Assembly (NCBI RefSeq): GCF_963921235.1
Contig: NC_086097.1
Span: 167,402,001-167,466,000 of the forward strand
DNA length: 64,000 nucleotides
Reading direction: 5' to 3'
Origin: Mobula hypostoma
Lineage: Eukaryota
This document shows, in pieces, positions 37,588 through 51,609 of the stretch; the stretch's first letter is position 1, and every line of letters starts with the position of its first letter. A model generated the notes under the pieces. That model was not told where the DNA came from and made no database searches. It was given only the letters and a program-made list of their open reading frames with translations. The position numbers were made by a program, and so were the translations under genes.

Positions 37588-38820
37588 CAAGTTCAAGTCA
37601 AGTCAAGTCACTTTTTATTGTCATTTCGATCATAACTGCTGGTACAGTACACAGTAAAAAAGGAGACAACGTTTTTCAGGACCATGGTGCTACATGAAAC
37701 AATACAAAAACTACACTGAACTACGTAAACAACACAAAAACTACACTAGACTACAGTCCTATCCAGGACTGCATAAACTGCACAAAACAGTGCAGGCATT
37801 ACAATAAATAATAAACAAGACAATAGGCACAGTAGAGGGCAGTAGGCTGGTGTCAGTCCAGGCTCTGGGTATTGAGGAGTCTAATGGCTTGGGGGAAGAA
37901 ACTGTTACATAGTCTGGTCGTGAGAGCCTGAATGCTTCGGTGCCTTTTTCCAGATGGCAGGAGGGAGAAGAGTTTGTATGAGAGGTGCGTAGGGTCCTTC
38001 ATAATACTGTTTGCTTTATGGATGCAGCGTGTGGTGTAAATGTCTGTAATGGCGAGAAGAGAGACCCCGATGATCTTCTCAGCTGACCTCACTATCTGCT
38101 CTAGGGTCTTATGATCAGAGATGGTGCAATTCCTGAACCAGGCCGTGATGCAGCTGCTCAGGATGCTCTCAATACAACCTCTGTAGAATGTGGTGAGGAT
38201 GGGGGAAGCGGGGGAGATGGACTTTTCCCAGCCTTCGCAGAAAGTAGAGACGCTGCCGGGCTTTCTTTGCTATGGAGCTGGTGTTGAGGGACCAGGTGAG
38301 ATTCTCCGCCAGGTGAACACCAAGAAATTTGGTGCTCTTAACGATCTCTAAGGAGGAGTCGTCGATGTTCAGCAGAGAGGGTCGCTCTGTGCTCTCCTGA
38401 AGTCAACAACCCTCTCTTTTGTCTTGTTCACATTCAGAGACAGGTTGTTGGCTCTGCACCAGTCCGTTAGCCGCTGCACCTCCTCTCTGTATGCTGACTA
38501 ATCGTTCTTGCTGATGAGACCCACCACGGTTATGTCATCGGCGAACTTGATGATGTGGTTCGAGCTGTGTGTTGCAGCACAGTCGTGGGTCAGCAGAGTG
38601 AACAGCAGTGGACTGAGCACACAGCCCTGGGGGGCCCCTGTGCTCAGTGTGATGGTGTTGGAGATGCTACTTCCAATCCGGACTGACTGAGGTCTCCCAG
38701 TCAGGAAGTCTAGGATCCAGTTGCAGAGGGAGGTGTTCAGGCCCAGTAGGCTCAGCTTTCCAATCAGTTTCTGAAGAATGATTGTGTTGAATGCTGAACT
38801 GAAATCTATGAACAACATTC
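37588..38820 (-). mobile_element. Rex1/Babar LINE, 5'-truncated RT to 3' tail (TGACT)n
   Basis: [55 protein letters not shown]; aagtcaagtcaagtca + tttattgtcatt. Confidence 0.92.
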
Positions 38821-39240
38821 ATACTTGACTTGAACTTCAACTTCAATTTCAAGTTTACTGTCATCAGTATATTGACGTAGGGTATAAATGCCATGAAATT
38901 GGCTTTTTGTAACAGCACAGTATATTATAAAATTATAAGTATGAGTTAACATAAATTTAAACTAGCATAAGTTATACATAATTTCTGACAAAATAAACAT
39001 AATGATGCAAGAGCAATTTGAGAGAGAGAGAGAAAGAGAAATATAGTCTGAATAACATACAAAGTGCTGGAGGAACTCAGCAGATCAGGCAGCACCTATG
39101 GAAAGGAAAAAAGAGCTAAAACTTCAGCCTGTAAAGCAAACTCTTTATTCCTTTCCACAGATGCTGTCTCACCTGCTGGGTTCCTGCAGCATTTTGTGTG
39201 TGTGATGCTGGATTTTCAGCATCTGCAGAATCTCTGGAGC

Positions 39241-40316
39241 CTCGTGTGGGTGGGCAGCAACATCTCTTGTCCCTTTACACTGAGCACTGGCGCTCCCCAA
39301 AGCTGTGCGCTCAGTCCACTGCTGTTCACACTGCTGATGCATGACTGTGTCGCAGGATCCAGCTCAAACCGTGTCATCAAGTTAGCGGGATCACACAACA
39401 GTGGTTGGCCTTATCAAGAACAGTGATGAGACAGAGTTTAGAGAGGACGTGGAGCAGCTGGTGGGTTGGTGCAAGAGTGACCTTAGCCTGAATGTGGAGA
39501 AGTCAAAGGAAGTCATTGTGGACTTCAGGAAGGTGCAGATGAACCATCCCTCTCTGCGAATACACGACTCCTCTGTAGAGAGAGTTAAGTGCACCAAGTT
39601 CCTGGGAGTTCACATCATGGATGACCTCACCTGGTCCTTAATTTCACCTCCCTGAACAAGAAGACATAGCAGTGCCTCCACTTCCTAAGGAGATTGAGGC
39701 GAGCAATGCTCCTCCCCCCATCCTTTACAGGAGCACCACTGAGAGCATCCTGGCAAGTTGCCTCTCCATCTGGTGTGGGAGCAGTTGAGCATTGGATCAG
39801 ATGTCCCTACAAAGGACTATGAGAACAGCTGAGAGGATCATTGGGATCTCCATTTCATTCATCGGGACATTTATCGGGAGCACTGTGTATGCAGGACCCT
39901 TAGTATTATTAAGGATCCCACCCATCCATCCAACATGCTCTTTGACTTTCTACCATCAGGCAGAAGATTATAACGCATTAAAACAAGAACTGTCAGGATG
40001 AGAAACAGTTTCTCCCTCCAGTCCATTAGGCTTCTGAACTCCCTGCTGCATCATATTCAAAGTGCAACTGGTTAATCTATACTGTACCTTACAATGTTTA
40101 AGATTAATGCACTCTAGTTTATTATTTATGTGTGATTCATCTGTAGATTTTATCCCTACTTTCATAAGTTATCATGGTGTTATTGTACTATTGTGCTTTA
40201 CACCCTGGTTCAAAGAAACAGTGTCTCATTTATACGTTTGTATATACATAATATGGTTAAATATGTTAGATACATGCATATAGTTAAATGACAATAAACT
40301 TGACTTGACTTGACTT
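39241..40316 (+). mobile_element. Rex1/Babar LINE, 5'-truncated
   Basis: [50 protein letters not shown]; ends aatgacaataaacttgacttgacttgact. Confidence 0.9.
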
Positions 40317-43300
40317 ATAGATTGAGGTAATATAAGGATATTCAGGTTGGTTTGAGAACCTGATGGCAGTGGGGAAGATATTGTTGAACCTTGAAGTGTG
40401 GTTCTTCACCTCCTTGTACCTCCCGCCTGATAGCAGCATTGAGAAGAGGGCATAACCCACGTGGTGAGGTCTCTGATGTTGGATGCCACCCTTGTAAGAC
40501 ATTGCTTCTTGAAGATGTCCTTAGTGGTAGGGAGAGCAGTAGTGTGATGGAATGGGCTGTGTCTACAACAAAATTCGGGAAAGTCTTCTGGTATCTACTG
40601 CCTTCAACCAACTGGCCATCCTACCACAAATGGTAGATGCAGAGACAATTTTAGATACTTTCTAGTATGTGCATCCTTTGACTTTGCTTCTGAAGCAAAT
40701 GACAGCAAAATAGCAAATAGATTGAGATACCTCTACATTTTACCGAAGCTAATCACAGTTACAGTTCCTCCTCAGAAAGAGAACTGCTAGGGTTAAAAGA
40801 GAAGGATGTAAAACATGCTGGGTGTGTAGCATTATTTTCTACCTACAACCCACACAGCCTGGCCAATCTTTCCCAAAAACTCAAACTCTCTAGTCCTAGC
40901 AACACCTTGGTCAATCACTCTGTGTTCTTTCTACAAATGTTTGTAGTTTAACCATGTCTTTCCTACAACAGGGTGATCAAAACTGTACGCAGTGCTCCAA
41001 GCACAGCTTCACCAATAGCTAGGACAACTGCAACACGTTACATTGGCGTCTGTTTTGAATTTGACCTCCGGCCAATAAGTGGGGAAGCTACTGAATTATT
41101 CAGACAGTGTAAGATAACTAAATTTAATTAACTACCTTTTTTGCTGTTTCTGAGTCAATCATAAACACATTGCTAAGGCTTTAAAATTATGTTTCAGGAA
41201 ACAAGAAATTCCATCCACAAAGGATGAATTTTTAATGTTGCATCATGTTGTTAGAAGTATTGAATCTGTTAGTAAAAATGTCCGAAATCCAAAGATTCAC
41301 TTACAACTTAGTAATTAGAGTTTTCAAGCTTAATATCCATGAATTGGCTGTTGAGGACCTCTAGGAACAAATTGTGCAATGTAGCATCAGCAAACCTGAT
41401 GTTGGCAGCCTCTTCAAGATTCATTCTTTGGCCTGGAAATTCAATTCCGTAATGCTGTATTTTCATTATTACGCAACTGAAGATGGATTATTTCGCAGAT
41501 CAAAGGACAACAATGACGGCTTTTGGCTGGGTTTGTCTCTCTTGTAAATTCCTGTGACAAGTTATCCTCAGGTGACTTCCTCATCAGGGCATAAGGGATG
41601 ATATAATTCCCTAAGCCAAGCTCCTTCAGGTGCAATCCAAGGAAACCGAGATCACTGTCTATAGGGCACCGGTCACAGGGGCATAGAGGCACACAGCCCG
41701 GAAACAGGCTGCTTGGTCCACAATGTCCATGTTACCCAGTGAGTGCATATTCTTATTCATCCCATCTTCCAGTGTTTGACCTGCAGCCTTCTGTATCAAC
41801 GAGACACCATTCAAGTGCTCAACAAGACATGTTATAAATTCTGCTACTTATGCTGCTTTCTCTGACATTGCATTCCAAATACTCTTTGCTGTTTGGGTGA
41901 AGATAGGCCCCTCAGATCCCCACCAAGAGGTGGACCATAGTATTCTGTTGCCAAGGTATTATTAGGTTGGTTCAAGAACCTGGTGTTTGTAGGAAAGTAG
42001 ACGTTCCTGAGCCTCCTGGTGTGGAACTTCAAGCTTCTGCATCTCCTATCCATAGTATCCACGGTATCCATAGTACCTATGGTATCAGCAAGGTGAGACC
42101 TGGATGGTAGGTGTCTTTGACGATTGATACCACCTTCTTGCTTTTGATGGTGGTGAGAGCTGTGCCTGTAATAGACCGGACTGAGTCCACAGTCTGTACA
42201 GTTTAGGTATAATCATTTTCTCTGTGTTGACTGAATCTATATGCCTCTGATGCTGTTGCAAGCAAGATTTTCATAGTACCTTACCTCACCTGATGACAAT
42301 AAGCTTAACTTGCAGGTTCCTACAGTCTACCCTGTCTATGTCACTTATAATTTTATATATGTCAACCATGGCCCCTTTTAACCACACTTTAGAGTGCTCA
42401 TTTCAGTTCTGGTCATATGGGAAGGAGGTGGAAGCTTCTTCCCATATGACCAGACAGGGTGCAGGGAACATTTATCAACATGCTGTCTGGATTAGAGCAC
42501 ATCTTATGAGGAAAGATAGAGTGAGCTAGGGCTTCTCTCCTTGGAACAAAGGAGGACAAGAGATGAGTTGACAGGCTAAAAGGTCAGAACAACACTAGGG
42601 GCTGAAGGGCCTGTATTGTGCTGTGCTGTTCAATGTTATATGTAAACTGCTCTAGTGTAATCCAGTCCCAAGCTTCTCTGTGCATAGAAAAATAAAAAAT
42701 AGGAGGAATAGGTTATCTGCACCTTCAAGCCTATCCCAACATTCATCAGTACCACAGCCAATCTCCTACCTCAACACAACTTGTCAGTGCTGTCACCATA
42801 TTCTTATATTTCCTTTGCATCTAGAAATCTATCCATCTCTATTTTCAATATGACCTAGGCCTCCACGTAGTGGAGAATTTCTACATGAATTACAATCCAA
42901 CCCATTTTATTCTTCCTGTATAACCATCAACAGCCCCCACTTTCTTCTGCTCACATTCACCAGGGACTGCTTACAGTGGCCAAATAGCATACCAACCTGC
43001 ATAGTTGCTATGATGTGGAAGAAACTCAGAACACCAGGGGGAATCTCATCTTGTCAAGTCACTGAGAATTGACAGCAGCCATCCTACAATTTTCCAGTGC
43101 ATCCTGGTGTTTGCCAACTGTCTGCATTCTGAAATAAGTCCTTTTGCGCAATAAACAATTCTTCAATGGTTCAAAAACTTCTGCGAGACAACGGAAATAT
43201 GATCAGGACAGCTCTCAATTCAGTTCTGTATCCATGAGTGGGACTATGCAAAAGGCCTAGACTGGGAATGACATTGACACCCAAGTCTGGGACCTACTTT

Positions 43301-45729
43301 GATGCAAGTTTATCAGTTGGTTACAGCTGAGTGACTTGTTAGATTATTTCAATATAGTGAACAATCATACATATATTGTGTGGATTGGAGTCTTATATAA
43401 ATTCAACTAAGCAAGGATGGTGGTTTATTGCTAACTCGGAGTGCTTTATGATGACTTACTCTGTTTTAAAAGTGTTATTAAGTATGCTGTATGTAATGCC
43501 AAGAGATTAATTGGTTCCTTCTTTAACCAATATTTGTCAAGGCATGGTGCCACACTTTGGACAGAGAAAGTGAAACAGTTTTCAGAAAAGCTCGTGTGAA
43601 TAAGTGAATAGGTTGATATTTAAGTTCACATGAATAACCTTGTTTGACCAAGCATAAATAAGTCTGGATAAAACATATGTGAAAGAAATGAGTTAACTGA
43701 AACAGGTTGCATGCCAAATATCACAGACTTCAAAAGAAAGCACAAGGAAAGGAGTGCATTTACATAGCACCATTCACTTAATCCCAAAATGATTTACAAC
43801 CAGCAAATTGTATTTGAAGTATAATCACTGTTATAATGTTAAAGAATAACATACAGTACAGGAAGTTGCTAATTTTTTAGCAATATTTATTGAGCAAAAA
43901 GTAGTGTTCAAAATCCTGGGGTGTTATAGGATCTCTATAACTGATGGTTATACAGGAAGAATAAAATGGGTTGGATTGTAATTCATGTAGAAATTCTCCA
44001 CTCTGTGGAGGCCTAGGTCATATTGAAAATAGGTAGATGCAGTACAGAGAATCATAGATAACCACACTGAAGGAGGCTACTTGGCCCTCTTGTCAATACT
44101 GACCAAAAGTAGATCTTAAATTAATCTAGCTTCTTAGCTCTTGTTTCATTTCCCTTCAGGTTTTGGCTCTACAAGTAAGTATCCAGGTAGATTTTAAAGG
44201 GTTGCTGATTTGAGCACCCTGTCAGTGAGTAAGTTCCAGATCTCCATAGTTCCTTAAGTTCTGTTGCAAAAGTGTCACATTTCAACACCTTGACTCTGTT
44301 GGCCCACTTTTACTGCAACCTTGTAGCCTCCAAGTTTGCAAGTATGACAATTCTCTTCCACCAGCTCTGTAGACAGAATTTTAATGATAGGAACACCCTC
44401 TGGGTGAGGTGGCCTGAAAAATGGATAGCTATAGTTTGACCAGGGGACAATTTTCCACACCATCCTTCATCAAAGGAGCCAGAAGAATCTAAAAAATTAA
44501 TTTTGCTGGACTGCTGTACTTTTTCTGAGTTGATCAGATAAGAATTTGAGAACTGGCCTGGGCTCAGGTCTAGCAGGATTGTTTCATTAATTTCGAGAAC
44601 ATCTTCTGATGGTTTGTCCTTGGAAGACCTCAAAGGATTCATTGGTTTTAGGGAATCGAACGACAAATAAATAGTTTTGGCTATAAGCTCATACCAAATG
44701 GATCAGTATTGTAATAGGACTAATTAATTTTCTACGTATATAAGTTGCTCGGTATCACATCTGGGACAGCTGTAAAAGGAGAAGACAACATGGTGAGTTT
44801 GCAGCTAGACAGTTATATACTGGTCATAGGCTGAATATACGTACAACTCTGCCGGTGAATGGGAAATCGGGTACTTCCTTTTGGTCTTTTGAATTTGTAG
44901 TGAATTTAGTAGTTTGTGTTTAAAGAAAGAGGCATAGGTTGTGCATACTTCTGGGACCAGTAGATGTACAACAGTGTTGTAATCTCTCGCTGATTTTAAT
45001 TGTCACTCGGTGCTGAGATGTTGTTGTTTATGACATATTTTAACAATTTGGATGTGAATGTAGGATATATGATTAGTAAGTGTGTGGATGATATGAAAGT
45101 TGGTAGTGTTGTGCATAGTATCCCTGATAACCGATGCCACCTTCCTGAGAATTGCCTCCTGATGGTAGGGAGATCTACACCAATGATGGAGTTGGTTGAG
45201 TTTGTCATTCTCTGTAGCCTCTTGCTAACTTGTGCATTTGAATTTCCACACCATGATACAACCAACAGAGTGTCTTCTATGGCACATGTGCAGAAGACAT
45301 GACATGCTGAATCCCCGTAAACTTTTAAGACAGATGCTAGCAAACTTTCTATCTGATTGCATCTATGTCCTGGTCCCAGGATGGGTTCTCCAAGATGTTA
45401 ACAATAAGGAACTTGAAGCTGCTCACTCTTTCTACCTCAGACTCTTCAATGAGGACTGGGGTGTACTTACCTGACTTTCCCTTTGTAAAGTCCACAATCA
45501 ACTCCTTGGTCTTGCTGAAACTGAGTGCAAGGTTGTTACAATACAACTCAACCAGCTGACCAATCCCACTCCCGCACCCTGCCTCGTCACCATCCATGAT
45601 TCATTGGTGTCATTGGTGAATTCTACCCCTCCTTCAGAAGAGATCTTTGCCTTGAGATCTCTTTTGATTTATTAGGGATCATCTTATACTTAACATTTCT
45701 TAGTTACCTACCCTAAGTGCTATAGCAAT

Positions 45730-47378
45730 GTAAGATATAGGAGCAGAATTCGGCCGTTTGCCCATCGGGTCTGCTCCACCATTTCATCATGGCTGAACCA
45801 ATTTTCCTCTTAGCCTCAATCTCCTGCCTTCTCTGCGTATCCCTTCATGCCCTGACCAATCAAGAATCTATCAACCTCTGCCTTAAGTATACATAAAGCT
45901 GCCGGAGGCAAAGAATTCCACAGATTTACCACTCTCTGGCTAAAGAAGCTCCTCCTCAGCTCTGTTCTAAAAGGATGCCCTTCTATTCTGAGACAGTATT
46001 GTCTGGCCTTAGACTCCCCACCATAGGAAACATCTGTTCCACATCCACTCCATCAAGGCCTTTCACCATTCGAATGGTTTCAATGAAGTCATCCCTCATT
46101 GTTTTGAATTGTATACAGGCCTAGAGCCATCAAAGGCTTTTCTATGACAGGCCATTCAATCCTGGAATCATTTTTGTGAACCTCCTTTCACTCTTCTCCA
46201 GTTTCAGCACATCCTTTCTAAGGTAAAGGGCCCCACACTGCTCACAATACTCCAAGTGAGGCCTCACCAGTGCTTTATAAAGCCTCAACATTACATTCTT
46301 GCTTTTATATTGTGGTCCTCTTGAAATAAATACCAACATTGCATTTGCCTTCCTCACCACAGACTCAACCTGTAAATTAACCTTTAGGGAATCCTGCAGA
46401 AGGACTCCCAAGTTCCTTAGTGTCTCAGATTTTCAAAAATATTTTCTCTCCATTTAGAAAACAGACAACCCTTTCATTTCTTCTACCAAAGTGCATGACC
46501 ATACACTTCTCAACACTATTGTATCTGCCACATCTTTGCCCATTCTCCTAATCTGTCTAAGTCCTTCTGTACCTTCTTTACTTCCTCAAAATTATCCACC
46601 CCTCCACCTATCTTCATATCACATACAAACTTTGCAACAAAACCATCAATTCCATCATCCAAGTCATTGATGCATAATGTAAAAGACTTCTCTTGTCAAC
46701 CACGGTTGCATCCTTTTTCCACTCGAAAATTTCTTCTTCTTTGGAATATACCTGTCTTGCACATTCCTCATTTCCCATATAAACTCCAGCCACTGCTGCT
46801 CTGCTGTCTTTCCCGCCAGTGTCCCTTTCCAGTCAACTTTGGCCAGTTCCTCTCTCATGCCACTGTAGTTTCCTTTACTCCACTGAAACACCGACACATG
46901 AGATTTCGGCTTCTCTTTTTCTAATTTCACAGTGAACTCAATCATGTTATGATCACTGTCTCCTAAGGGTTCCTTCACCTCAATCTCTCTAATCACCTCC
47001 GGTTCATTACACAATACCCAATCCAGTACAGCCAATCCCCTAGTGGGCTCAACGACAAGCTGTTCTAAAAAGCCATCTCGCAGACATTCTACAAATTCTC
47101 TCTCTTGAGATCCAGTGCTGACCTGAATTTCCCAATCTACTCGCATGTTAAAATCCCCCACAATTATCATAACACTGCCCTTCTGACAAGCCTTTTCTAT
47201 TTCCAGTTGTAATTTGTAGTCCACATCCCTGCAGCTGTTTGGAGGCCTATAAATAACTGCCATCAGGGTCGTTTTACCCCTGCTATTTCTTAGTTCAACC
47301 CATAAAGATTCTGCACCTTCCGATCCTATATCACCTCTTTCTAATGATTTAATATCATTTCTTACCAATAAAGCCACT
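45730..47378 (-). mobile_element. CR1 chimera or deletion derivative: intact endonuclease segment joined to decayed RT 3' end
   Basis: 237-aa open EN frame (LWVELRN..IYRPPN..VGDFN..LDWVLCN..LGDSDHNMIEF..MQPWLTREV) jumps at ~46683 to the INDLDDG/KFADD-like region. Confidence 0.88.
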
Positions 47379-49446
47379 TATATCAATAAATAATAAACTT
47401 GTAATAAACTTATATCAGATTCATCGACTGAGCTCATGTATTTGCTCAATCGTGATTAGTGTTCACAGCATTTTCTGAAGAATTGTCATGGTGTGCACTA
47501 ACAAGTGACTGAATTACTAGATAAGTGACAACTAGATAAGACAACAATTAACCAATACAGGTGCTCAGGCCTGCAGGGCTCATGACAGATATAATTGATA
47601 ACACTACTTTGTGGGGTTTCCAGCTGATGGATGGTGAGGGCCCATTCAGATTTTGAACAAGACTATAGTAATGAATCTTGAAGTTAAAAACAGCGAAATT
47701 ATTGTTGCACAGAGGGAGCAATTTAGCCCATTGAGTTTTGCTTGTTTTCCCAAAGCAATCAATCAAATCCCTTCCTTGTGTTCTCCCCATATCTCTATAA
47801 ACGATTCTCTTTCAAATGTCTGTTTAATTCCCTTTCAAAAACTCTGATTGCTTCTGTTTTTTGTCCCATATAGGTAGTGAATTCCAAGTCTAAACTACCA
47901 AGAGTAAAAGTGGTCCTTTTACTAATAGTAAAAATAGTTCATCCTCACATCTCTAATTCTGTCTTATCAGGAAAGGTTCAGCGAGATGGCACTTTTTTTG
48001 GAGTGAAGGAACATGTGAGGCAATGATAGAGGTGTATAAGATTATGAGAGGTATAGATCATGTGGACAGCCAGCGCCTTTTTCCCATGCTGGCAATGGCC
48101 AATATCATAGGATATCCATTTAAGGTAAATGGAGGCAAGTTTAGGGATTGATCATGTAGGTTTATATAGTTTGGCGCCTGGGAGAAAGGACCCATACCAT
48201 GCTCTATGTTCTATACTCCCTCATTTATAACTTTTCTCTAAGTTTTAAACCTGGACTGTGAATCGTCCATTAGAACTAACAGTTTACCTCTATCTTTTAC
48301 TTCTCCATCAATTCCCCTCTTAAAATGTTTTGCTTCAGTATTATCAGCTCCAGCCTCTGCAATCCAAAATCACCATGAAAACCATCTCCTGCCTGGAATC
48401 AACCTAATCATTTTTTTCTGCACCTTTTCTAGAACCTTCACATTCTTCCTGAAGCATGGCAAACACAAAAGAGTGAGAGGACACTTTGCAAATGTTTAAA
48501 TAACTTTACTACTTTTCTACTTTGTGGAAGCGATGGATAAAGGGCCATATTGGACAATCCCCAAATGGTGCCTTGAGAAGGATTCTGTTGAGACAGTGTA
48601 CCTGGACGACACTTGCTAGACTGAGATTGCAAACTCTCTGTGTATCGTAATTAGAGCAATTGTGTATTTTAAATAATCATAGACACTTACAGCACATAAA
48701 GAAGCTCTTCTCACCTTGATCATGCCAAACATCAACCACCCATCTCCTCGAGCAGAACTCAGCCTGTTGCCTATCGTACCTGTCCCGCAGCTTTTTCACA
48801 AATTTGATGGAAGCATCTTGAAACTGCCATTGAGAAACTACATGAAATACTGTCATAGGAAAGAATCATCCATCATCAGAGATCCTCAGCACCCAGACCA
48901 TGCCATCAGCTAGAAGGTACAAGAACCTCAGGTTAAAGAATAGTTACTACCCCACAACAAAGGGGGATAACTACACTCACTGGCCCATCTATTGAGATGT
49001 TCCCACAACCAATGATCTCACTTTAAGGACTTTTTATTTCATTATCTCATGTTCTCATAATTTTTGCAATTTATTTATATTTGCATTAGCACAGTCTGTT
49101 GTCTTCTGCACTTTGGTTGATCTTTCATTGATTCTGTTATAGTTACTATTCTATAGAATTGCTGCATATGCCCACAGGAAAATGAATCTCAGGGTTGTAT
49201 ATGGTGACAGATATATGGACATAGATAATACACTTACTTCGAACTTTGTATTCTTCATTGCCATTTTTAACTGTATCCCTTTGATTAATTACAGGAATGG
49301 ATTGATTACCCTGAAGAGTTAGATTATTCTATTTCATTTGACTACTACTTTCCTAATTCGTGAAAATACCCTTTCTGAGATAGTAGTGGCACAAGAAGGA
49401 ACCTTACCCATCCCTTCTCAGGAATATTTAAGAGTGAATATTTCAG

Positions 49447-49632
49447 GCGGTTGTGCCAGCCGGTGGGGCACATTATTTTGAGGTCATGAGTTCGAATCCA
49501 GCCAGCTCCTTGCACGCTTTCTATCCATGCTGGGGTTCACGTGGAGCTAGCAACCTGGACTCATAAAAAACAAGTTAAATGGGAAAAAAATGCTGCCTGA
49601 TACGCCACAAGGCAGGAAAAGGAACAACAACT
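49447..49632 (+). mobile_element. tRNA-derived SINE with (ACA)n tail
   Basis: B-box GAGTTCGAATCC at ~49488; ends aggaacaacaac. Confidence 0.6.
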
Positions 49633-51609
49633 TAAGGCTGTTCTTGCAGTGAGATTATGGTCCCGAAAGAAGAAAGTAAATGCTTCTTTGCATTAATGCA
49701 TAGCATAAGTAAACTCTGTAGTTCTAGATATTTAAAGTTCTAATGAAAGGTCCTAAGCCTGAACTGTTAACTTTTTCTCCTCCACAGATGCTGACAGCCT
49801 TCTAAGTGTTTCCAACATTTTCTGTTTTTTTTTATTTCAGATTTCCAGTACTATTTATAGGAACTGGTTCTCCAGCTCTTGGGTTTTATTGACAAACAAT
49901 CTGCTGGAAGAACTCAGCGGGTCGAGCAACATCTGTTGAGGGGAAGAAATTATCAATGTTCTGGTCAAAACCCTGCCTTGGGATGAATGATGCCAGGCTT
50001 TGACCTGTAACATCAACAAATCCTTCCTCAACCTCTCCCCAACCCCTTGCCCCGTGAACCGATGCTGCTCAACCTGCTGATTTCCTCCAGTAGATTGTGT
50101 CTTGCTCGAAACTACAGCATCTGCAGATCTTGTGTCTCCTTGGCTCTTATCAGACTGCACCTGCATTAAAGGGTTTGATTAGGACAGGAAGATAATATGC
50201 ACTTTAGATCGAGATTTCATATACCAAGCCATATGGAATGTAGTGAGAAAATCTTGTCTGTTCCTTATCAACTGATACTAACAATATTAGAATATCAATT
50301 TAATCTTTGTTTCAACTGAATTATAAATGGAACACCCTGTAATTTTCATTAGTCACACAGGAAATAATTAAATGAATATTACACTGGTAAGTTATTTGAA
50401 GGCAGAGTGAGAAAATGTTTACCATAAAGGATGTTATCAGGCATCATGAATTTTTAAAATACAAAAATGTTGATTGCATTACCAAGGTCATTGAATATTA
50501 CCTGGAAGTGGTTACCAACTACAGTGAATAAGAGTACAAATTAAGCATTCTGTTATTATCACATAAAAACAGTAATGTTTATATGCTCATAAAGTTCTCT
50601 ATAGAGTAGCAGTTTCTCTGGTGCCAGAAATCAAATCTGTGCCCTGAAATATTATAAAGGGATACAATGCAGTGAAATTGCCTGTGCTCCTGAAATGACA
50701 GAGGTATGAGATGATTCAACAGGCTCCCTGATTTTGTCTCACCATGAAGTGTAACAAGGTGGACCAATTCCTTGTGAGCTTGCAGCACCGTCGGGAAAGT
50801 TCTGAAGGCTTTCAGCATGTCAGGCAGCATTGGTAGAAAGAGAATTCTTGTGAATGTTTTGTTTCTGATGATACTGTGATACTGCTGAAAGTAAGTTTTT
50901 CATTGCAGCAGTGGATATACTCACATGTACATAAGACAATAAACTCAACTTTGATTTTGAGACACTGGGTTAATGTTTCAGGTTCAATACTCTTCGTCAG
51001 ATTTGAGAAAAAATTAGAAAGACTAATCCCAATTCTGATGAAATATCAATCTGTAACGCTAACTCTCATTCTCTTTTCATAGAAGCTGCCTGACCTGTCG
51101 GGAGTTTCCGGGACTTTGTTTTATTTCATAAATCCAGCATTTTCAGCTTATGTTTTAATTTTAATTTTCTCCTCATTATCTATGTCTAATGAAAAGCTTA
51201 TTTTGCTTAGAGTCCCAACCTGGCTTAATGTGCTATTCCATCACTATGATATTATTTTTAATATTAATTGTTATTGATCTTAAATTGGCTTACAATGTGA
51301 GTATAGAAAAGAAGTGATATTGTCTGACTTTGTTTAAATAAAACATTCAAAGGCAAATTCATTCTTTATTTTAAAGGCAAAGGCAATAAACATTGTTACT
51401 GTCCCAAAATGAATGTACTGTAGCTTTTCAACCCTTTCCACATTTCTAGTCTCCACATTATGAAAATAATATATATTGCAAAATGGTAAATGCTGAATAG
51501 ATCTACACATTGCAATCAAGTGTTCAGAAAAGCCTGAACAGGTTGGAAGGCTTTTTTTAATAGAAAAAGAGGCAACATCATTTTAAGATGTTCAAAAAAA
51601 ATCTATATC

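Noticed and set aside
44270..44990. 118-aa minus ORF; faint Gypsy-like words on + (PGDN, VKGEDNMV)
   Set aside because: No convincing domain or splice structure; matches are too short to call without a profile search.
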